From NCBI GenBank assembly GCA_937907055.1, contig CALCTW010000008.1:1-31839 (forward strand): 31,839 bases of DNA. Reading direction: 5' to 3'. Shown here piece by piece: positions 16,517-23,605 of this stretch. Numbering within the stretch: the stretch's first letter is position 1; each line of letters opens with the position of its first letter. The translations under genes and the position numbers were made by a program. Source of the stretch: an uncultured Clostridia bacterium. Its GTDB lineage: Bacteria > Bacillota > Clostridia > Christensenellales > Aristaeellaceae. Below the pieces are notes generated by a model. That model did no database searches and had not been told where the DNA came from. It saw only the letters and a program-made list of their open reading frames with translations.

Positions 16517-16560
16517 AAAACAGCTGTGCCGGCATATGATCCGGTACAGCTGTTTTAGCG
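16517..16560 (+). terminator. Rho-independent terminator (copy 2 of the repeated hairpin)
   Basis: aaaacagctgtgccgg, loop catatgat, ccggtacagctgtttt. The stem is 16 bp with one G-U pair. Confidence 0.8.
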
Positions 16561-16598
16561 TGCTGAGGGTGAGTATAACGGCGTGAAGGCGGAAGAAA

Positions 16599-16855
16599 AA
16601 CGGCGCGAGGATTCACGGGAACCATATTCAGGACCGTGTGAAACAGCAAAGGTGATAACAGGCACCGCGCGTCATGATCATCCAGCCGGACAGCCGTATG
16701 GGATGATGACCGGTGATCAGGGATCAGTCAAAATATTTTCTGAGGGGCCAGGCATCGCGGAAGTCAAAGCGCTTTTCAAAAAAGCCGCTGCACTTACCGA
16801 TGATGAAGCCATTGAGCAGGGCGCACACGACCGTACCGGCCTTGACACCTTGAAA
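16599..16855. repeat. Left copy of a 257-bp direct repeat (13 mismatches against 17956..18212, no indels)
   Basis: Aligned by hand. The offset is exactly 1357 bp at both ends. Confidence 0.9.
16724..16855 (-). pseudogene. Orphan 3' fragment (last 43 codons plus stop) of a YczE-like membrane-protein gene
   Basis: The reverse strand translates to FQGVKAGTVVCALLNGFIIGKCSGFFEKRFDFRDAWPLRKYFD*, compared with the intact gene end FEGVKAGTVVCALLNGFIIGKCSGFFEKRFDFRDAWPFRKYFD*. There is no upstream coding continuation, because the AT-rich islet begins at 16856. Confidence 0.85.
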
Positions 16856-16859
16856 TTCC

Positions 16860-17276
16860 TTATTCTATCGAAATATAGATTCCAAGTCCCCCTTCAGATG
16901 CAGAAATACTCAAAATCACATTATCTTTTTTTAAGACAACACCAATTGCAACATCTTCTTTTTTATCAAGAACGCTATGATATCCTAAGTCTTTTAATCC
17001 CTCTATATATTTTCCTGCTTCTTCCATGCTTATATCAGAATAGAAAACTGCGTATTTTCCATTATCACTATCATCTATCACATAATCAGCAATTCCGAAA
17101 GAAGGCTTTATGATATTATCAGTGAATCTGTTTTCAGGCCACTCAGCTATTTCTACTATTCTTTCTTCAAGATTCGTATTTGATTTATTCACTTCATTCT
17201 TTGGTAAACCACAGCCCGTCATTAACATCAGCGTAAAAAAGCACAACAATAACAAAATGCTCAACTTACTCTTCAT
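16860..17276 (-). CDS. Hypothetical lipoprotein (AT-rich islet gene)
   Basis: 138-aa ORF with a signal peptide and lipobox-like LMLMTGC (MKSKLSILLLLCFFTLMLMTGCGLP). It overlaps the upstream XRE gene by 11 nt. Composition is clearly AT-rich relative to the flanks. Confidence 0.75.
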   Translation of the reverse strand: MKSKLSILLLLCFFTLMLMTGCGLPKNEVNKSNTNLEERIVEIAEWPENRFTDNIIKPSFGIADYVIDDSDNGKYAVFYSDISMEEAGKYIEGLKDLGYHSVLDKKEDVAIGVVLKKDNVILSISASEGGLGIYISIE

Positions 17277-17820
17277 CTTTCTTCCTCACATTCTCTCTGA
17301 ATAATCTTACAAATAGAAATCCTCCAACTGTGACCAATACTGTGCCAATCACTAATATTGACATTGAAAGCATATTGGGGCTTGTTGACTCAATATAGAT
17401 ATTAGTCAGTGCATCAGCTTGTCCAATAATACCCGATGAAGAAACCTTCTTACTTATAATAAATCCGATATCACAAATAATGAACCCCGACACAATCAAA
17501 AGAATGGCTCTTATAAATCTTCGTTTTAGTCTGTTTTTTTCATAATCTGCAATAATTATTGAAGCTTCTATCGCATTATCTGCTTCTTTATGTGTTATTT
17601 CTTCCTTGTCACTGATTCTACATTGTATAACTTCCATAAGGCTTAATCCAAACACTTTAGAGATATCCTCGAACTTTGACACCTCCGGAAGACAAAGCGA
17701 GCGTTCCCACTTACTAACAGCAGCGGTAGACACATTTAATTTTACGGCAAGTTGCGTCTGTGTCATATTTTTTCTTTTTCTTAGGTCTGTTAAAAACGGT
17801 CCGAATTCTTGTGGTACCAT
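17266..17820 (-). CDS. Membrane-anchored XRE-family helix-turn-helix transcriptional regulator
   Basis: The track ORF starts at GTG 17829, but that GTG is part of GGAGGTG. I prefer ATG 17820 (MVPQEFGPFLTDLRKRKNMTQTQLAVKLNVSTAAVSKWERSLCLPEV...), which has a typical HTH_3 motif followed by two predicted TM helices. Confidence 0.8.
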   Translation of the reverse strand: MVPQEFGPFLTDLRKRKNMTQTQLAVKLNVSTAAVSKWERSLCLPEVSKFEDISKVFGLSLMEVIQCRISDKEEITHKEADNAIEASIIIADYEKNRLKRRFIRAILLIVSGFIICDIGFIISKKVSSSGIIGQADALTNIYIESTSPNMLSMSILVIGTVLVTVGGFLFVRLFRENVRKKDEE

Positions 17821-17955
17821 TCTTATCACCTCCCAAGAAAAAATACCATTTCACTAAATATTAGTAAAACGACCTATGGTTGAATTGTAGTAGAATCAAG
17901 TTTTATCGTATGTATAAGCGGTTAATTCTAATATTTCTGCTGCACCCTCTTGCAG

Positions 17956-18212
17956 AACGGCGCGATGCTTCATGGGAACCATATTCAGGACCGCGTGAAA
18001 CAGCAAAGGTGATAACAGGCACCGCGCGTCATGATCATCCGGCTGGACAGCCGTATGGGATGATGGCCGGTGATCAGGGATCAGTCAAAATATTTCCGGA
18101 ACGGCCAGGCATCGCGAAAGTCAAAGCGCTTTTCAAAAAAGCCGCTGCACTTACCGATGATGAAGCCATTGAGCAGGGCGCACACGACCGTACCGGCCTT
18201 GACACCTTCAAA
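17956..18212. repeat. Right copy of the 257-bp direct repeat (covers the last 43 codons of the intact membrane-protein gene plus 125 bp downstream)
   Basis: See the left copy. I counted about 95 percent identity (13 of 257 mismatches). Confidence 0.9.
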
Positions 18213-18764
18213 CCGCATGAAGCCCATGAACAGGAAGGACAGAATGACCGCCAGCAGACAGCTGCAGCAATCGTAGACAGTCTTCACCTTATGGATGTCC
18301 CATCCGTATTTTGATGACAATTCCTTGACGAACAGTTCGTAGGCTTCCGGCGCGATATAGGTGTGGAAGAGAAGCGACACGCCCACCGACCCGATGCCCA
18401 TGCCGAAAACGAAATACACGATCCGCACGGCGAGACCGGGGGTCGGCAGGAACGAGAAGACAGCCATCATGGCATCCAGAATGAGCCCGTAAAGCACCGC
18501 TGTGACGAATGAAAACAGGAACTTTCGCTTAAAGCGGCGCAAAACGAGCGTGAGCAGCAGGATGAGGACCGCCTGCAGGCAGTATTCCGCCATGCCGAAG
18601 GTGAACCACGGCCAGAAGGCGGAAAGCTTCAGATAGACCAGATAAGCCGGCGCTACGACCATGGACATGCCGAGATCCGCCTTTTCCATGAAGACTGTGC
18701 CGACCGCGAGGATCACAAGGCCCAGGAGATACGCCGCCTCCGAGTAAAAATGATTTTTCTTCAA
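18081..18764 (-). CDS. Polytopic membrane protein, YczE/DUF6198-like
   Basis: 227-aa ORF with 5-6 hydrophobic helices. The family assignment is from memory of similar Firmicutes proteins, so it is only moderately certain. TGA stop. Confidence 0.7.
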   Translation of the reverse strand: MKKNHFYSEAAYLLGLVILAVGTVFMEKADLGMSMVVAPAYLVYLKLSAFWPWFTFGMAEYCLQAVLILLLTLVLRRFKRKFLFSFVTAVLYGLILDAMMAVFSFLPTPGLAVRIVYFVFGMGIGSVGVSLLFHTYIAPEAYELFVKELSSKYGWDIHKVKTVYDCCSCLLAVILSFLFMGFMRFEGVKAGTVVCALLNGFIIGKCSGFFEKRFDFRDAWPFRKYFD

Positions 18765-18851
18765 AGGGACTCCTTTCAGATGCTGACGTTTGATACAGAA
18801 ACGGCAAAAGATTTGATTTTTGACTGATAAAAAAACTATACGGAACAGGAG

Positions 18852-19592
18852 TTACAGCACAGCGGCGCCGTGCAGCGATACCTCGCCCGTGAACAGCCTT
18901 CTTTCCATGCCGTCCCCGTCCCGCACAAGCAGCGCGCCGTCATCATCCACACCGGTCACAAGCAGCGGCTCGCCCTGATAGACGACCGTTTTGCCGATGA
19001 GGAACATCTTCTGCCGGTAGTACGACATCGCGGCGGCATGATCCTCCGCAAAGGTGATCAGATGCCGGGCGACCGTGCCGCACAGCACATCACGGGAAAT
19101 ATCGCGGTCGATGGCAATGGCTGTGTTCCGGATCGCCTCCGGGAACCCATCCCGCGGCGTACGGACATTGATGCCGATGCCGATCACCACGCCCTCTCCG
19201 GCTTTTTCGCACAGGATGCCGCAGACCTTTTTCCCCTCCAGATAGACATCATTCACCCACTTGATCACGGGGGCATGATCGGTCAGTTCACCGATGGCGG
19301 CGCATACCGCGCAGGCGGACGCGATGGTCATCTCCAGCGCGGCCATGGCTGAGGGCGTTTTCAGATACAGGCTCATATACAGCCCGGTATCCGCCGGAGA
19401 AGAAAAGCTGCGGCCCAGCCGGCCTTTGCCGCCGGTCTGACGATCCGCCACGATCAAAATGCGATCCTCCGCGCCGCTTCGCGCCATCTCCTTCAGGGAG
19501 TCATTGGTGGAGGTGATCGACTCGTACACAAATACATTCCTCAGATCGAGGCATCCGTTCAATATCACTTCGCTGTCCAGATCCTTCAGCAT
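18852..19592 (-). CDS. birA: Biotin--[acetyl-CoA-carboxylase] ligase (BirA, group I, no HTH)
   Basis: Contains ..STNDSLKE....G........VADRQTGGKGRLGRSF.SP...GLYMSL.., ...KWVNDVY..GKKVCGIL.E and ...GIGINV. The track ORF starts at 19631. I prefer ATG 19592 (MLKDLD...), which has AAGGAGG 9 nt upstream. TAA stop. Confidence 0.88.
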   Translation of the reverse strand: MLKDLDSEVILNGCLDLRNVFVYESITSTNDSLKEMARSGAEDRILIVADRQTGGKGRLGRSFSSPADTGLYMSLYLKTPSAMAALEMTIASACAVCAAIGELTDHAPVIKWVNDVYLEGKKVCGILCEKAGEGVVIGIGINVRTPRDGFPEAIRNTAIAIDRDISRDVLCGTVARHLITFAEDHAAAMSYYRQKMFLIGKTVVYQGEPLLVTGVDDDGALLVRDGDGMERRLFTGEVSLHGAAVL

Positions 19593-19689
19593 CGCGCCCG
19601 TCCTCCTTCTCCGAACAAAATCCTGTATCATTTTAATGCTCCGCGCGTTTTTGTCAATCCCGCCTTCTCTTGAGCATCCCTGCCGCCTA

Positions 19690-19698
19690 TGCTATAAT
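19690..19698 (+). promoter_or_regulatory. Extended -10 (TGcTATAAT) upstream of trmO
   Basis: ctaTGCTATAATcg lies about 25 nt upstream of ATG 19723. Confidence 0.4.
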
Positions 19699-19722
19699 CG
19701 CGGTATCGGAGGTATCAGAGCC

Positions 19723-20400
19723 ATGTTTGAAATGCACCCGGTTGCGGTGATCCGCAACGATTTTGATGAAAAATTCGGGATCCCGCGCCAGAGCGGCATG
19801 CTGAACGAAATGAAGAGCGTGATCGAATTCGCGCCGGAATACAGATCAATGGATGCCGTGCGCGGCATGGAGGGTTACAGCCACCTGTGGCTCATCTGGG
19901 TGTTTGATAAGAATAACCCCTCCGGAAAAAAGCTGACCGTGCGTCCACCGCGCCTGGGCGGCAATACCCGGATGGGCGTATTTGCCACCCGTTCCCCCTT
20001 CCGGCCCAACCCGATCGGACTGAGCTGTGTGCGGCTGGAGGAGATAAGGAAAAACGAGAAGGGCGAGCCCGTGCTGATCGTAAGCGGCGCGGATCTGTGC
20101 AGCGGCACCCCGATACTGGATATCAAGCCCTATGTGCCCTATTCCGACAGCCATCCGGACGCGCTGAGCGGCTTCAGCGTGAATGAGGAAGGGCATGTGC
20201 TGGCGGTGCGCTGCGACGAAAAGCTGCTCAGTGGACTGCCGGAGGAAAAACGCGCGACGCTTCTGCGCCTGCTCTCCTACGACCCCCGTCCGGCCTACCA
20301 GAGCGATGACCGGGAATACGGCATCACCTTCGCGGGGATGAACATCCGTTTTTCCGTAAAGGACGGCACCCTGACGGTGCTCAGCGCCGCTCCGGTATGA
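19723..20400 (+). CDS. trmO: tRNA (N6-threonylcarbamoyladenosine(37)-N6)-methyltransferase TrmO (YaeB/TsaA family)
   Basis: The track ORF 19459..20400 is over-extended. I start at ATG 19723 (MFEMHPVAVIRNDFDEKFGIPRQSG...YSHLWLIWVFD......VRPPRLGGN...GVFATRSPFRPNPIGLS.V.L......L.V.G.DL..GTPILDIKPYVPY.D). TGA stop. Confidence 0.9.
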   Translation: MFEMHPVAVIRNDFDEKFGIPRQSGMLNEMKSVIEFAPEYRSMDAVRGMEGYSHLWLIWVFDKNNPSGKKLTVRPPRLGGNTRMGVFATRSPFRPNPIGLSCVRLEEIRKNEKGEPVLIVSGADLCSGTPILDIKPYVPYSDSHPDALSGFSVNEEGHVLAVRCDEKLLSGLPEEKRATLLRLLSYDPRPAYQSDDREYGITFAGMNIRFSVKDGTLTVLSAAPV

Positions 20401-20471
20401 CGCGTGTCTTTGCCGGAAACAGGGATCAGGCCGGGATCATACGCGGAATAACAAAATGTTAAAAATCATAG

Positions 20472-20500
20472 TTGACTTTGTAATATTATTGTAATATAAT
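20472..20500 (+). promoter_or_regulatory. Near-consensus sigma-70 promoter TTGACT-17-TATAAT for the SH3b wall-protein gene
   Basis: ttgact at 20472-20477, a 17-nt spacer, tataat at 20495-20500. This leaves a 5' UTR of about 100 nt. Confidence 0.6.
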
Positions 20501-20608
20501 TTCCGTGGTGTATTCTATTTATTTCTCCTGATACGCTTCGCTTGCGGACGGTTTTTATCGCGCAGGCGGCAAATAGACCCGATATCATTTCCGGTGAGGT
20601 GTACATCT

Positions 20609-23416
20609 ATGAAGAATCGAAAATTCGGCACTGGTCTGCGCGCTGCGATCCTCGCGTTCCTGATCGCGGTGATTCTGTTCGTATTGCCTGTGCTGACCGG
20701 CTCCGCCGCGCAGGCCGCGTCGAATTCCTATGTGAAGACGAATCAGGCCTCCGTCAATTTCAGAAAAGGAGCAAACCTGTCCTCCGACGTGTGGGCATCC
20801 CTGCCCAGCGGCTGGGTGCTGAAGTATAACGGCACCAGCATCAAGGACGGCGGCTATACCTGGCTGAGCGTGACCGCCAATATTCCCGGACATCTGTACA
20901 CCAACTATTCCGGCTATATTTCCTCTTCCTTTGTGACCACGCTGACCACCGCGGAAGCCAACCAGTGGGAGAGCTACCCCGTGCAGAAGGGCTGCACCCC
21001 CAGCCCCGTTCCGGCGGTATCCGGCAGCTATGCCATCATCACCGCGGACGGCGTTAACATGCGCTCCTACGCGCCCGGCGGCGATGTGATGTGCGTGATC
21101 AAGCAGAATGTGGTCGTGCGCGTCATCAGCGCGCCCACCAACAGCTACGGCTGGTTCTATATCAACTACAACAATATGAACGGCTATGTGTGGAACGAGT
21201 TCGCCCGTCTGCTCACCGATGAAGAGCTGATCCAGCGCGGCCTGATGACCGCCACGCCCTCCTTCGTGACCGCGACGCCCACGCATTCCTCCGGCAGCGG
21301 CGACGGCATCTGCAAACTGGCCAAGGACGCTGTTCGTTTCCGTTCGACCCCGAACGGCAATATCATCGCCACCCTTTCCAAGGGCACCACGTTCACCTAC
21401 TGGGGCACCGGCACCATGGGCAGCGACGGTTATCTGTGGTTCCAGGTCTCCTACAACGGCACGATGGGCTATGTGCGTAAGGACATGCTGACCTTCCTTG
21501 ATCCCAGCGGCAAGGTGACCACGGCTCCCACCATTTCAAAGAACACCCCCACTCCGGCCCCCACCACCACGGTGATCCCGGACGCGACCGAGTATGTGAT
21601 CCTGACGGCCGGCGGCATCAACTTCCGCAGGACCGCGGGCGGTGACATTCTGGGCCGCCTTGACAAGGGCACGATCCTGCCCTATCACGGCACCGACAAC
21701 ACCGGCAAGTGGGCGCTGGTATATTCCAATATCTATGGTCTTGGCTATGTGAGCACCGATTATACCAAGAAGTATAATCCTCCCGGCAGCAACACACCCA
21801 CGCCCGCGCCTGTCGTGACGCCCACCCCGGCGCCTCTCACGAACGGTTATGTGCTGATCACCAAGAACGCCGTCAACCTGCGCGCGCAGACTTCCACCTC
21901 CTCCAATGTTGTGGCGCAGCTGAGCAACGGCACGGTCTGCTATCTGACGCAACCGCCGATCATGTCCGGCAGCTATATGTGGTATCCCGTGCGCACCATG
22001 AATAACTTAAACGGCTATGTGCGCGGCGATGTGGCCTATGTGCTGGCTGACTGGCAGGTGCAGTATTATCTGCAGCACGGCGTTGTGCCCACGCCTTCCG
22101 CCGGACCTACCTCCACCCCCAGCGGCAACAGCCCGTATATCCGCATCACAGCTTCCGGCACGATCAATGTGCGTTCCTCTTCCACCACCACCAGCAGCGT
22201 GGTCGGCACCACCTCCAACGGACGCGTGTACAAGTATCTGGCCACCGCCAAGGTCGGCAGCTACACCTGGTACAAGATCCAGTACACCTCCTCCAAGGTG
22301 GGCTGGGTGCGCAATGATCTGATGAAGGTAATGAGCTGGGCGGAATATTACGCCTGGGCCGGAACCGCTACCCCCACCAAGGGCAACACCGTATCCCCCG
22401 TGATCACACCTTCTGTGACCTCTCCCTATTCCTCCGATCTGAGCGATATGGCCGTGACCACCGTTGAGGGCCTGAATGTCCGCAGCGGCGCCGGTACCAG
22501 CTTTACCCGCGTGGGCAACATCAGCGCAAAGGGCACTTATGTGACCTACCTGCAGAAGTCTTCCACCGTGGGCAATGAGACCTGGTACTTTATCGAATCC
22601 GGCAATATGCAGGGTTGGGTCCTCAGCAAGTACATCAACATCTACACCAACCGTCAGAAGACGGCTTACCTGCAGAGCGGCGATCCTTATGTGATCCCCG
22701 AAGCCAGCTACACCACGCTGAGCCTTGGCAGCACCGGCAATGCCGTGACCGTTCTCCAGAAGGAACTGGTGACCAAGGGCTACCTGAGCGCCGCTGATGT
22801 GACCGGTCAGTACCTGAGCAGCACGGTGAACGCCGTGAAGCAGTTCCAGGCTGCCAAGGGCCTGACTGTGGACGGCATCGCGGGTGACGCCACCCAGCAC
22901 GCGCTGTTCAACACCGTTCCCGCCGGCTCCAATCAGGGCAGCACGGTCATTCCCGACCTGAAGCCCGTTGAAATGGTCGACTGGGTGACCGGTGATATCC
23001 AGAAGGTGTGGCTGAAGGGTGAAACTGCCATCGTCACCGATGTTGAGACCGGCCTTTCCTTCCGCGCGAGGCGCTGGAGCGGCGGTCTGCACGCTGACGT
23101 TGAGCCGCTGACCGCGGCTGACTCCGCTGTGATGTGCAAGATCTACGGCGTTTCCATCGCCCAGGATATCGCGGACCTGAATCTGTATCAGCGTCATCCC
23201 ATCTGGGTCACCATCGCCAACCGTACCTTCGCGGCTTCCATGTATGGCTGCCCGCACAACTATCCCGAGGGAGACACGATCCCCGATAACAACTTCTACG
23301 GTCAGTTCTGCATTCACTTTGTGAACAGCCGTGTCCACCGTACTGAAAAGATCGATGCCGATCATCAGGCCGCGATCAAGTATGCTTATCAGCACAGCAT
23401 CAGCGGACAGAAGTAA
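20609..23416 (+). CDS. Large secreted cell-wall-associated protein: about 9 SH3b (SH3_3) repeats, a PG_binding_1 domain and an uncharacterised C-terminal domain of about 190 aa
   Basis: I start at ATG 20609 (MKNRKFGTGLRAAILAFLIAVILFVLPVLTGSAAQA, a signal peptide). SH3b-like modules recur (..VNMRS......V...K....V.V.......GW..I.YN...GYV....). PT-rich linkers separate them. The PG_binding_1 domain reads LSLGSTGNAVTVLQKELVTKGYL...VKQFQAAKGLTVDGIAGDATQHALF. TAA stop plus a terminator. Confidence 0.85.
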   Translation: MKNRKFGTGLRAAILAFLIAVILFVLPVLTGSAAQAASNSYVKTNQASVNFRKGANLSSDVWASLPSGWVLKYNGTSIKDGGYTWLSVTANIPGHLYTNYSGYISSSFVTTLTTAEANQWESYPVQKGCTPSPVPAVSGSYAIITADGVNMRSYAPGGDVMCVIKQNVVVRVISAPTNSYGWFYINYNNMNGYVWNEFARLLTDEELIQRGLMTATPSFVTATPTHSSGSGDGICKLAKDAVRFRSTPNGNIIATLSKGTTFTYWGTGTMGSDGYLWFQVSYNGTMGYVRKDMLTFLDPSGKVTTAPTISKNTPTPAPTTTVIPDATEYVILTAGGINFRRTAGGDILGRLDKGTILPYHGTDNTGKWALVYSNIYGLGYVSTDYTKKYNPPGSNTPTPAPVVTPTPAPLTNGYVLITKNAVNLRAQTSTSSNVVAQLSNGTVCYLTQPPIMSGSYMWYPVRTMNNLNGYVRGDVAYVLADWQVQYYLQHGVVPTPSAGPTSTPSGNSPYIRITASGTINVRSSSTTTSSVVGTTSNGRVYKYLATAKVGSYTWYKIQYTSSKVGWVRNDLMKVMSWAEYYAWAGTATPTKGNTVSPVITPSVTSPYSSDLSDMAVTTVEGLNVRSGAGTSFTRVGNISAKGTYVTYLQKSSTVGNETWYFIESGNMQGWVLSKYINIYTNRQKTAYLQSGDPYVIPEASYTTLSLGSTGNAVTVLQKELVTKGYLSAADVTGQYLSSTVNAVKQFQAAKGLTVDGIAGDATQHALFNTVPAGSNQGSTVIPDLKPVEMVDWVTGDIQKVWLKGETAIVTDVETGLSFRARRWSGGLHADVEPLTAADSAVMCKIYGVSIAQDIADLNLYQRHPIWVTIANRTFAASMYGCPHNYPEGDTIPDNNFYGQFCIHFVNSRVHRTEKIDADHQAAIKYAYQHSISGQK

Positions 23417-23436
23417 GAAGTAGAACAATTTTCCTG

Positions 23437-23468
23437 CCGCGCCGCGAAAACGGCGCGGTTTTTGTTTT
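23437..23468 (+). terminator. Rho-independent terminator
   Basis: ccgcgccg, loop cgaaaa, cggcgcgg, then tttttgtttt. Confidence 0.85.
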
Positions 23469-23542
23469 GCCGAAACAGTTTCAATTTCAAACAGGCGTTT
23501 CTCATGCCCTTCCCATTTTTCGTGGCGAATCGATGAAAAATA

Positions 23543-23551
23543 TGTTATACT
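23543..23551 (+). promoter_or_regulatory. Extended -10 (TGtTATACT) upstream of the LRR surface-protein gene
   Basis: aatatgttatactgtc lies about 55 nt upstream of ATG 23606. Confidence 0.35.
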
Positions 23552-23605
23552 GTCATCAGAATGCAGACAGTAACTGCCGGAGGCAAAACAATAGGAGGAA
23601 CAACG

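Noticed and set aside
14741-16560. Considered whether the repeated imperfect palindromes flanking the PreA-like gene are integron attC sites, making it a gene cassette.
   Set aside because: The ends lack the RYYYAAC / GTTRRRY core sites. Both hairpins are followed by T-runs like ordinary terminators. No intI is present and the gene has its own RBS and leader.
16583-17113. The + strand ORFs 16583..17113 and 17880..18314 share a near-identical stretch of about 80 aa (..EPYSGP.ETAKVITGTARHDHPAGQPYGMM.GDQGSVKIF...) and look like paralogous proteins.
   Set aside because: The similarity is just the 257-bp direct repeat read on the wrong strand. The repeat is the 3' end plus downstream region of the minus-strand membrane-protein gene, and no RBS or domain supports the + ORFs.
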